A stretch of 63,320 bases of DNA, counting the filler, from Saprolegnia diclina VS20 (Eukaryota), in NCBI RefSeq assembly GCF_000281045.1. It is 6 parts of 3 records of this genome, joined end to end, with 100 filler letters (N's around TTAATTAATTAA, not from the genome) between each part and the next. Parts side by side here need not be neighbours in the genome. Positions count along the whole stretch, not along the records: positions 23,704 to 36,481 come from NW_008246136.1; 5 more parts are not named here. One strand, 5' to 3'. The position numbers and the translations under genes were made by a program. Below are positions 23,704-34,011 of the stretch, in pieces. The notes beneath the pieces are model-generated. The model saw only the letters and a program-made list of their open reading frames with translations, did not search any database and was not told the DNA's origin. Position 1 is the first letter of the stretch; each line of letters begins with the position of its first letter.

Positions 23704-24080
23704 CCAGCACGATGGAGATGGCTGTCGGCATCTAGAGTTTACAAGTAAATCATAATCTGGCCGTAAATCATTATCTGTACTACTAAGTGAAAAGATCTAT
23801 GTGCATCATCGATGGCACCTAACCGGACTGCGTGGAAGCCAACTCGGCCGCTAACCAGCAAAGACGAGCGCAGAGAGAACGCGCACTATGTGCGCGCCGG
23901 AGAGGCGTTTCTGAACCCCACGAATGCAGCGAGTCTGTTTGGCATATTTTTTGTAGCCTATGCAAGTGTGTGAGGCCAATGACCCTACGACCACTCTTTT
24001 AGCGAAAGCGAGTTCGTAAATGGTAAGGTGGTAGACATATAGTTTTGAAGACGTATGCACATGACTCTCCGGTCTCTCTC
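23704..24080 (+). repeat. Copy of a LOX-gene 3' end (STMEMAVGI*) plus downstream flank; also at 29385-29761 (inverted) and 36780-37160
   Basis: CCAGCACGATGGAGATGGCTGTCGGCATCTAGAGTTTACAAGTAAATC... is found at all three sites. Confidence 0.9.
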
Positions 24081-25110
24081 GTCGAGATCGTCGTCGTAAA
24101 CAATGTTTTTGGTGTACTTACGGCCGTCGACATTGGATTTGGAGTTGAGTACTAAGATCCGGATATTGGCACGTGCCTGCACAGCATGGGTTGTGGTGTT
24201 GATACGTCGAGATGGGGAAGCTTTAGGTCACGCAGAGCTCACCGAGTCCTTGAAGCTACAACTAGCTCCATTGTTACTCGTAGCACGCGTGACATCGCAA
24301 CATGCAGCTGTCCGTATCCAAAACCTGGTTCCGAACTCCAACGCGAGGGACTGTCTGACCTTAGGACTTGTCAAGTAATAGTCCTGGCAAATGCGAGACA
24401 AAGAAGGAACTGTAAACGCTTGAGCTCCAACGGCAGCGTGTTGTGTGGACCTTCGTGATAAGCGTGATGCGAGGTAGAAGATAACCTCGCCTCGCCAGCT
24501 TGTGCGTGGGTCAGTATTGTAGCCTCCATGCATCTATCTCGTAAAGCGCGCACCATGAGCCAAGTTCCATAGCGTAAGCGGCATCTTTTAGAGTTGACAA
24601 CCCCAACGGAAAGTCGATTGCTGCTTCTTCTTGCAGGAGGTCTGCGTCGTTGTTTGGTGTTCCTTATGTCTCGTGCCGGAGCTCTTTCAATCGCCACCTC
24701 GCCTGCAGGCTGCATGACAACTGAGAGTTGAGCATATACGTAGTTGATGACGTAGATCTGAGCACAACGTCGGGTTTGGGTATCGTTAGTCGATTCAAGC
24801 GGCCAAAGTAGTGGTACAAGTCTCCATCGATGGCAGAAACCCTGCGTCCAGTGCTGGGGTCAGTTTCCAGCCGAGTGAAACTCAAATACTGCATTGTACC
24901 GACGCAAGTTGTCGACAAAGCTCTTAATGCGTAGTAGCGCCGCGTATCGGACGAAGCAGTTGACACCATTGACGCCCCAGAGTGGCATCTCAACAGAAGC
25001 CACATACGCAGCATGCGAGGCCAGGTTTTTGCCTGTAGGTGGTAGGTAGTGTTTATGGTAGACACAATGGCATCATTGTTGCAGCAAGGTGTGTGATTTC
25101 TGTAGCTGGC
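23965..25110 (-). mobile_element. Degenerate Helitron (PIF1-like helicase 3' portion)
   Basis: Frameshifted remnants GPHNTLPLELKRLQFLLCLAFARTIT, KS*GQTVPRVGV and KYTKNIVYDD. Confidence 0.75.
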
Positions 25111-25437
25111 AGGAGAATCTGTAGCTGGCAGGAGATTGACACGCGTGTTCGACGCCGACCCCAATATAGCTGCAGCAAAGTGAGCCGAGCTTGCACGAGG
25201 CGTGCTGCGGAAAACTCGCACACATACGTCAGCAGCTTGTGCTTGCGGAGAATGCGCTTAAGTGGTTCGTGTATCGTGTGCGGCGTGCGCTCATGGCCTC
25301 ACGGCTACACTGTCTAATTCGCCCAAGTAATCATCGCCAATAAGAACATCGGCAGCATACATCACCACGGTGAAAGCATCTGCCCCGGCATCTTCATCTC
25401 CTGCGACCTCTCGGGAACATTTACACTTAACCTACCA

Positions 25438-27540
25438 CTAGGGTGAGCCCAGTGGCCGTACGGCCACTCCCTAAGCGTATAGGAGTTGGTGAAAGATATT
25501 TTAGTAGGCTTATATTCATGGAGACGTAGTGTTCATCGCTGTGTGGTCTGTCTCGTCGAGACCTTCGTCGTAAACGATGTTTTTGGTGTACGTACGGCCG
25601 TCGACATTAGAGAGATTTCGGAGCCGTTCTGTACCTGCACCCACTGAAAAAACCTCTCAAAATTGAAGCATGTACAGAATCCCGTTGAAACTCGATGTTG
25701 AAATCCTTAAAAATCGCGATATGTGTGGAACGCGTTCTGCACCTGCAGCGGGGCTTTTCGGATTGCGCAAACAAGTGATTGCGCTGCGCCAGTGCGATTT
25801 GTAAACACACGGGTTGTGTTTTGTGTGGAGGGGACAGCATGACGGTCGAGTGCCATTTTGACAAGCCATGCCACCGACGGAAGGACCAAAGCGCCGCAAC
25901 TGGACGGCCGACGACGACCTTATCCTGCTTCGGCAGGTGGGCCTCGCGCCCCCGTTCCTCGCCGATGAAATCATGCCGGGTTGGGGCGCGATCGCTACGG
26001 CCCTCGACGAGTGTGAAGACTTCGATCGCGTCATCGATGGCAAGGAGCTGCAAAGCCGTTTCAACCTCCTTATCGAGAAGCACCGTAATCTGGTTGCCCC
26101 GATTGACGCCCCAGTGCACGTTGGTAAAGAACATCGCCAAGCTGACGATCTTGCCGACGGGCGTGAGCATGATCTTCTGGTGCATTTTGAATGCGATCGC
26201 GGCCGATAGCGTCTTTATGCGAGCGCAAGACGCTTCGCACATCAAACCGAAAGGAGAGTATAGCATCTACATCACGCATCTCGCGAAGAGCGAAGCGGAC
26301 GTCAGGTACTAGTGGATGCTCAACGGTCCAACTAGCCATGAAGGCTAGCAATCGCACTCGCGCAAGCCGCTTCTTGCGATGCCTTCTCCACCGAAGCAGC
26401 AGGAGGAGGAGGTGATCCTGCTGCATCCTTTCCGACAGACGTGTGGTTTGAATGAAAATGACAGGTTCATCCGGATAATGAGCTCATATTCGTAACCGTG
26501 GTGCGGGTGCAGGTACAGAACGGGTCCGAAATCTGTGATTCCAGTCTCCGTACACTTCCTGTTCCCACAGAAAAAATCCGAAATGTGTGGGTAAAGACGA
26601 TTCCGAAATCTCTGTATTGGATTTTGTGTTGAGAGCCAAGATTCGGATGTTGGCTTGTGCCTGTACGCGTCGCATTGCAACTTAGAGCTGCCCGTGTGCG
26701 AAAACGGGTTCAGGAAGTTAAACACCAACGCGAGGGATCGTCTGCCCTTGGGACTTGTTAATTAATAGTCATCGCAAATGCGAGACAAACAGGGAACTGT
26801 AGACGCTTGAGCTGGAATGGTAGCGTGTTGTGCGGACCGTCGTTGATATGCGTGATGCGAGGTATGGAGACAACGTCGCCAGCATGCGCACCGGTCAATA
26901 TAGCCTCAATGTATCGATCTCGCAAAGCGCGAATCATGAGTCGAGTTCCATTGCATATACCTAGTTTTGGGCACAGGTTGCGCAAGAGCATGACAGGGGC
27001 GTTGATTTTGAGCTCGAGAAGGTGCGGTAGGGAGCCGGCGATGTTGATGGAGTTGAGAAACTCAACTGGAAAGTTGATAGCAGCTTCTTCTTGCAATAGA
27101 TCGTCGTCGTCGTTCCGTGTAGCTCCTTGTGGCTCGATGTCATGTGCCGGAGCTCCTTCAATCGTTACCTCGTCTGCACGTTGCATGGCAACGTTGATGC
27201 CTAATGTCGATCGAGGCGAACAGTGTTCAACCGCAGCTGGCACTTCGTCCTCGAGAGGTTCAACGCTATCGGCCGACGCAGGTGTGATTAGTTACTGGCA
27301 CTTGCGCCAGTACCATAGCGTTGACGGAAGCGACGAAGTCATTTTTTGGCGCCAACATCGCTCGTTGCGAGAGATAAGCTGGCAGCACATTGATAATAGG
27401 TATGGACGAAAGGTCAGGTCAGGGTAGACGAACTGAACCAAGTCTGTTAGCGCGTGCGTAGTGTCACTGTCTATAATCAAGTCGAGACAGTGATACCACA
27501 CCGACGACATCGTTGTTGCAGCAAGGCGTGTGATTTTTGT
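25438..27540 (-). mobile_element. Helitron relic with helicase pseudogene and intact 3' terminus
   Basis: LPHLLELKINAPVMLLRNLCPKLGICNGTRL...FQLKRLQFPVCLAFAMTIN, then frameshifted KSQGQT...PVFAHGQL (PIF1/Helitron helicase motifs). Perfect 18-bp palindrome AGTGGCCGTACGGCCACT (25451-25468) lies 9 nt before CTAG|T at 25438-25441. Confidence 0.88.
25609..26615. mobile_element. Internally deleted PIF/Harbinger-type transposon nested in the Helitron
   Basis: TIR AGAGAGATTTCGGA...TCCGAAATCTCTGT, with ATT duplicated at 25606-25608 and 26616-26618. Empty site GTCGACATTGGATTT is seen in sister Helitron copies (~24126, ~37205). Myb/SANT-like fragment on + (25868 onward, RRNWTADDDLILLRQV...W..IA..L). DDE-transposase-like fragments on - (PDVRFAL...FRFDV; QKIMLTPVGK...FFTNVH...GNQI). 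Confidence 0.8.
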
Positions 27541-28399
27541 AGCTTGCAGTAAAGTCACGCTTGGACTCGCACGCGGATACAATGCGGCACCACAAATGGC
27601 GACAGTTCCCGTTGCCAAAAAAGCAGCGTGTCAGCCAATCGAACCCAGGCACTAATTACACGCAACGTCCATTTGGTTCCAATATACTTCAGCAACATCG
27701 CCGGAGCACACAGAGACCCAAGCGCCGCTCAGCGGCAGCGGAGTGCATTTTAATCAAATTTTAACAAAAAATCATTATCCGGACAGTTCGGATACGATGG
27801 CTTCTCCCGCATTATCCGCCGCAGGTTTGTATGTGCGTGACACACCCTCATCTCTCATATACCCTTCAACGAACGTCTCTCGATTGCTGTTGCATCCACA
27901 AGTCATGCAGCGCCAAAACTAAACGGCGGTATTACCGCTGACTCGCGTCCTAATTGTTATGGCCATGAAGGACAACACTATTTGCTAACTCAACATTCGT
28001 GTCGGTGGATATTGCTGGATGTCGCTTCTCCAGACGTTAAAACGGATATCCGGATATGCGATTGGGCGAGATCCGGTAGCCGCTGGGAATGTTAGCATTT
28101 TGATTGATAAAAACAATCCGTACTATATCGAGTATCCGTTATTGTGATTGGTCAAGAGAGGCAAAAGATTGGGTGTCTAGCGATGCTCTAAATTATTTAT
28201 ATACGTGCACACTTCGTAGTCATTAAAAGCGTGTTTGTGCATCATAGATTCTTCACCAGTCATTTTATGTCAACGAATACAATACAACGCTGTTAAAATT
28301 GTACTAGCGAACCTCGAAGTATTTCTCAAGAAGATCATAATAATCAGGAAAAATTGTTGGAGTCTTCTTCCGTCAACACTGCGACTATACTTAGCAAAG

Positions 28400-29160
28400 C
28401 ACTCGAGTGAGCCCAGTTACAGCCACTCTTTTAGCGTATAGGAGTTGGTGAATGATATGGTATATATTCAGGAAGACGTAGTGCTCATCGATTTGTTGTC
28501 TGTATCGTCGAGAACCTCGTCTTCAATGATGTTTAGGGTGTACGTACGGCTGCCGACATAAAATTTCGAGTTGAGAGCCGACGTTTGTATGTTAGCGCTT
28601 GCCTATATACGTGACATTGCAACGTGGAGCTGCACGTGTGCGAAAACGAGTTGCAGAAGGTAAAGGACTAACGCGAGGGACAGTCTGACATTAGGACTTG
28701 TTAGTAGACAACGCAAATGCAAGACAAACAGAAAACTGTAGACTCTTTATCTGGAATCACGGCATGTTGTGCGGATCGTTGTTAATGAGCGTGATGCAAG
28801 AGTGTAAATACAACGTCGCCAGCGCGCAGAGATCAATATAGTGGCATTGTACGCAGCTCACTCCCAACGACCAAGTGCTAGAGCCAACTCCCACGCATTC
28901 AGGCGTAGCGCTACGTATGCGAAGTCTTTGTGTCATAATGAAGATAACGCGGAACACGTTCATATACATATATATAATGCATCGACCTCGCGAAGCGCGA
29001 ACCATGCGTCGAGTTCCATTGCTGCGCAAGAGCATGACAGTGGCGTTGTTCTTTAGCTCAAGACGGGTTGAACGCTACCGGCCGACGCCGATGTTATTCA
29101 TCTGCTACTAGCACTTACGCCAGTACCATAGCCTCCACGAAAGTGACAACATCATTTGCG
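28400..29160 (-). mobile_element. Degenerate Helitron helicase copy carrying a ~135-bp insertion
   Basis: DNA is colinear with 25445-25608 and 26620-27020, with many stops. Insertion at ~28841-28977. Confidence 0.75.
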
Positions 29161-29729
29161 CCGAAATTGCTCGTCGCTGCAGCACAATAATATGTTAGAA
29201 GTCAAGAAAAGCAAAATAAACCAAGTTTAAAAGCGCGTGCGTCAATGACCAGGTTGTCGGGTGGGCAGGTATAATCTTCACCAAAGAACAACGACGCTCT
29301 TCTTGAGAAATACTTCGGGGTTAGCTAGTACTTGCATAGGCTACAAAAAATATGCCAAACAGACTCGCTGCATTCGTGGGGTTCGAGAGAGACCGGAGAG
29401 TCATGTGCATACGTCTTCAAAACTATATGTCTACCACCTTACCATTTACGAACTCGCTTTCGCTAAAAGAGTGGTCGTAGGGTCATTGGCCTCACACACT
29501 TGCATAGGCTACAAAAAATATGCCAAACAGACTCGCTGCATTCGTGGGGTTCAGAAACGCCTCTCCGGCGCGCACATAGTGCGCGTTCTCTCTGCGCTCG
29601 TCTTTGCTGGTTAGCGGCCGAGTTGGCTTCCACGCAGTCCGGTTAGGTGCCATCGATGATGCACATAGATCTTTTCACTTAGTAGTACAGATAATGATTT
29701 ACGGCCAGATTATGATTTACTTGTAAACT

Positions 29730-30778
29730 CTAGATGCCGACAGCCATCTCCATCGTGCTGGNNNNNNNNNNNNNNNNNNNNNNNNNNNNNNNNNNNNNNN
29801 NNNNNNNNNNNNNNNNNNNNNNNNNNNNNNNNNNNNNNNNNNNNNNNNNNNNNNNNNNNNNNNNNNNNNNNNNNNNNNNNNNNNNNNNNNNNNNNNNNNN
29901 NNNNNNNNNNNNNNNNNNNNNNNNNNNNNNNNNNNNNNNNNNNNNNNNNNNNNNNNNNNNNNNNNNNNNNNNNNNNNNNNNNNNNNNNNNNNNNNNNNNN
30001 NNNNNNNNNNNNNNNNNNNNNNNNNNNNNNNNNNNNNNNNNNNNNNNNNNNNNNNNNNNNNNNNNNNNNNNNNNNNNNNNNNNNNNNNNNNAACGGCAAC
30101 GCCGCGTCCAGCACCGTCCAAAAGGCAACCACCGAGGCGTCCGAAGTCACCTCGACATCTGCCGAGTAGTAGAGGGCGAGGTAGCTCGAAACGAACCGAG
30201 AAACAATGTACCAGTAGTCGATACCGTCTTCATGCAGCGGCAGCGTCATCGTGTCAATTTGCTGGCGTGCCACCATCGCGGGAAACGGCTCGTACGCAAA
30301 GCTACCGAGCCCGATGTCCCACGCTTGCTTCATGCCTCTGGTGGTAAGCGCAATTGCACGCTGAAGCATGCCTTGGGGCCAGAAGAATGCTCGCCCAGCG
30401 CCATAGTTGATGGCCGCCGACCGGAATGTGAACGGCTTGAGAAGACGTCGGAGCGGGTGTGTTGGCGGCAACTGCTCCAGGTGGACGACAGTGACGTGGT
30501 TTGCGATCGTCGAGTGTACGAGCAGCAAGTGGTCGATGGCCGTGACCTTGGTCTGGAGACTGCCGCGGAAGCACATCTTCACATACTCCCACTCTGCGTC
30601 GTCCGGTCGGTACGTGATGCTCCCGCGCACGATTTTGGTGACCTTGCACTTGTCGTCAAAGAAGACGTCAGCGCCGTACTTGGCGAACCCTTTGCGGACG
30701 TCCAGCGCCTGCATAAAGTTTGTTGCAATCGTGTAGTACGAGCCGTCACTGTGCGCCGTAGGCAGCTTCTGGAGCAGT
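29730..30778 (-). pseudogene. 5'-truncated LOX-domain paralogue (P450 half absent); partly in a gap
   Basis: LLQKLPTAHSDGSYY...WEYVKMCFRGSLQTKVTAIDHLLLVH...HPLRRLLKPF...LPLHEDGIDYW, then STMEMAVGI* after the gap. Homology stops at ~30778, with V-ATPase immediately upstream. Confidence 0.75.
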
Positions 30779-31058
30779 GTAGCGTGGCTGAATGCCCAAT
30801 AAATGATCTGGGTAACGCGCTGATAATGGTCTGTGAATCAGTCTGCTGAGCGCATCAAATCATTGTAACGAAGCACGCTCCATACAAGTGTTGTAGCAGG
30901 CAGCGCTTCTGCTTCTGTACGTGTGACTGACGATCAATGGTGTTAGCTGCTCTGCAACATGCACTCAGAAACCCCACGAAGCCTTTTTGAAGCCATGTGG
31001 CAGCTGGGCATGATTCAGTGTTTGATTTCGATTGACACGTTGATAGCCTTGCTAATCG

Positions 31059-33656
31059 CTAGAGGCTATCGTTCGAGCTGGGCGAACGCAAGTCCTTGAG
31101 GCGCAACGGATTGAAAGCAATGCCATCGGCCTTGTAAAACTTGCCTTGGAACTCGACCCAGTGCAAGCGGAGAGCGTGGAGGAAGCACTCGAGTACGTCC
31201 ATGCAGAGAATGACGCCAAACGTCGTGCCGGCAAAGAGCGCAAAGCCGACGAAGATCGCAATGAACGAGTCCATGTGTATGGTCGACAGCAACGCCTTTT
31301 CGAAGAAGACAGTTGACAGCTCTACAAGCACCCGTAGATGAACAAGCATTCTCCACGGTCGTATCTAGCAGCTGTGTACCTGAGTGCGCCAGAGAAAGTG
31401 CCCAGAGACGCAGGTACGACGCTGTGTTGGACACCATGTTGAGCACGAACTCGATTGTCTCGATGCTTTGGTGAATCATAGCCTCGCCAAGATCAAACGA
31501 GTCACTGCTTCGCTCCAATGATGCATTTGCCGTGTCGTCCATGTCGTTGTCCACGTCACAGACTTTAATACGGTGCGACACCCCCGCGACAGAGCTGTTG
31601 TGCTTGAACTTTACGTAGAGCGGGTGGCAGAGCAGCATCGCAGGCACTGAGAAACCCGCAAGCGCCAGCAGCGTCTGCTGCAACTTCTTCTGGCCTCCGT
31701 ACATGGGGTCGGCGACGACACCGGGCTGGAGCGCAATGTTAATGAGCGTGTTGATGAGCGCGGGCGGGCGGCAGCCAGTGACCGGGCCTTCAAAGTTGAA
31801 CGGGCACACTTCGTGGCTCATGCGCTCGGTCCAGTCAATGCTCCACTTCATGACGATGAGCACGACCATGTAGAAGAAGAGCGACGCGGCAAAGACGAGC
31901 TGCGGCAAGAAGTCGAAGAAGAACGTCGGGTAGTCCTCGAAGTAGAGCGCGTTCCAGCCCTTGATGAGGATACCAAAGCCCATCTGCGTGATACCGAGAA
32001 TGACACTGAGCTTCATCTTGAACGAGTTGAAGAAGAGAAGCTCGTTCTCCGACGTCTTCCAGATCGGGTCGAGACCAAACCCATAGACGTTGTGGCCGTT
32101 GGCGACGTCGACCGTCCCGTTGGGCACGCCGTCGTAGTGGTAGTACGCTTCGCACTTTTCGTGCTTGAGACCGAGCTCNNNNNNNNNNNNNNNNNNNNNN
32201 NNNNNNNNNNNNNNNNNNNNNNNNNNNNNNNNNNNNNNNNNNNNNNNNNNNNNNNNNNNNNNNNNNNNNNNNNNNNNNNNNNNNNNNNNNNNNNNNNNNN
32301 NNNNNNNNNNNNNNNNNNNNNNNNNNNNNNNNNNNNNNNNNNNNNNNNNNNNNNNNNNNNNNNNNNNNNNNNNNNNNNNNNNNNNNNNNNNNNNNNNNNN
32401 NNNNNNNNNNNNNNNNNNNNNNNNNNNNNNNNNNNNNNNNNNNNNNNNNNNNNNNNNNNNNNNNNNNNNNNNNNNNNNNNNNNNNNNNNNNNNNNNNNNN
32501 NNNNNNNNNNNNNNNNNNNNNNNNNNNNNNNNNNNNNNNNNNNNNNNNNNNNNNNNNNNNNNNNNNNNNNNNNNNNNNNNNNNNNNNNNNNNNNNNNNNN
32601 NNNNNNNNNNNNNNNNNNNNNNNNNNNNNNNNNNNNNNNNNNNNNNNNNNNNNNNNNNNNNNNNNNNNNNNNNNNNNNNNNNNNNNNNNNNNNNNNNNNN
32701 NNNNNNNNNNNNNNNNNNNNNNNNNNNNNNNNNNNNNNNNNNNNNNNNNNNNNNNNNNNNNNNNNNNNNNNNNNNNNNNNNNNNNNNNNNNNNNNNNNNN
32801 NNNNNNNNNNNNNNNNNNGCGAACTCTGGTTGAGCTCTGCGTTGTTGTTTTGGATCAAGTTGGCGATCGCGGTCCGGTCATCCATCGACGGCAGCGTGTA
32901 CAAGCTGGCGCGGAACGCGTCGCAGATCTTGCGGAGCTTCGTCTCGATAAACTGCGACTGGAAAAAAATCACAAACGCGTGCTTCTCGACCGCGACGCCG
33001 GTGCCCGGGTCGACGAGCAGCTCGTCAATGGCTGAGAAGCGCGTGAAGCAGTTGCCGCGCGTCGCACGGAACACCATGCGCTCAAACTTGATGCGCTCAT
33101 TCGCCGATACGACGCCCGTGATGTTCTTGAAGCGAATGGCCAAGTCCGTCTCGGACGCTTCGATCGGCGAGTCAACGTCAAAGCTCACGCTGTTGCTCGC
33201 GTCCGGGATCTCAACCTCAAAGAACTCGCCGACACGCGAGATGATCTCCTGAAGCTCCTTGCGCTCGTCGTACTCGCGCGTGAGCTTCTCGTGCATCGAG
33301 TTGAGCTGGACGAGCTCGTGCTCCTTGTCTTCGAGGATGCGCTCGAGCTCATCGAGGTCTTGGCTGCCGTAGCGCACGTCCACCGAGTCAGCGAGGAACG
33401 AGTCGGCGCTGCCGGCGCTCTTGGCCGTGATCTTGAACTTGGTCATCTCGCCCTCGAAGAAGCGAAGCTTGCAGTCCATCTCGTCGCAGCGCTTGACGAA
33501 CGAGACGTACCGACGGTGAAATGGCGTGAGCTCCGGGTTGAGGTCCGTGAACTCGACAACACCGAGGCCCCCAAGCATCGTGACGCAGTCATGGGCCGCG
33601 TCTTCGTGGATGATCAGCGATACATACTCCATCGCTTCCGAGCGTAGCCACTTCAT
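31059..33656 (-). CDS. V-type H+-ATPase V0 subunit a (gap inside; intron ~31322-31379)
   Basis: MKWLRSEAMEYVSL, FTDLNPELTPFHRRYV, FERMVFRATRGN, FFNSFKMKLSVILG, IHQSIETIEFVL, SNTASYLRLWALSLAHS, LHALRLHWVEF. Confidence 0.95.
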
Positions 33657-34011
33657 ATTTCAGATATGTCAGCTGACGTGGCAAAGGCAAAATGCAGGGT
33701 TGCCTTTGTCGTTTGGCGCTTGATTACAACCATGAGGTGGCTGTAAACCGTGAAGACCCTAATACTAGGCGCATGATCCTAATTTCGAGCCTCGTCAACT
33801 GAATAAGGTTTTCCCGCCGTCGCATGGTTGTATTGACTCGAGTGGAACCTTGCCCGTTCAACGCATCGTGCCAAAGATTCTGCGTTAAACACACTGCAGG
33901 CTCGAGGAAGCTGCAAAATGGCTTGCCGCACACAACTTCCAAGAGTTTAAACGCCCTTGGTGCCCTTTGGAGCCATCGCGATCTTCGACCATTTGCAAAA
34001 ACGAAGTGGAG

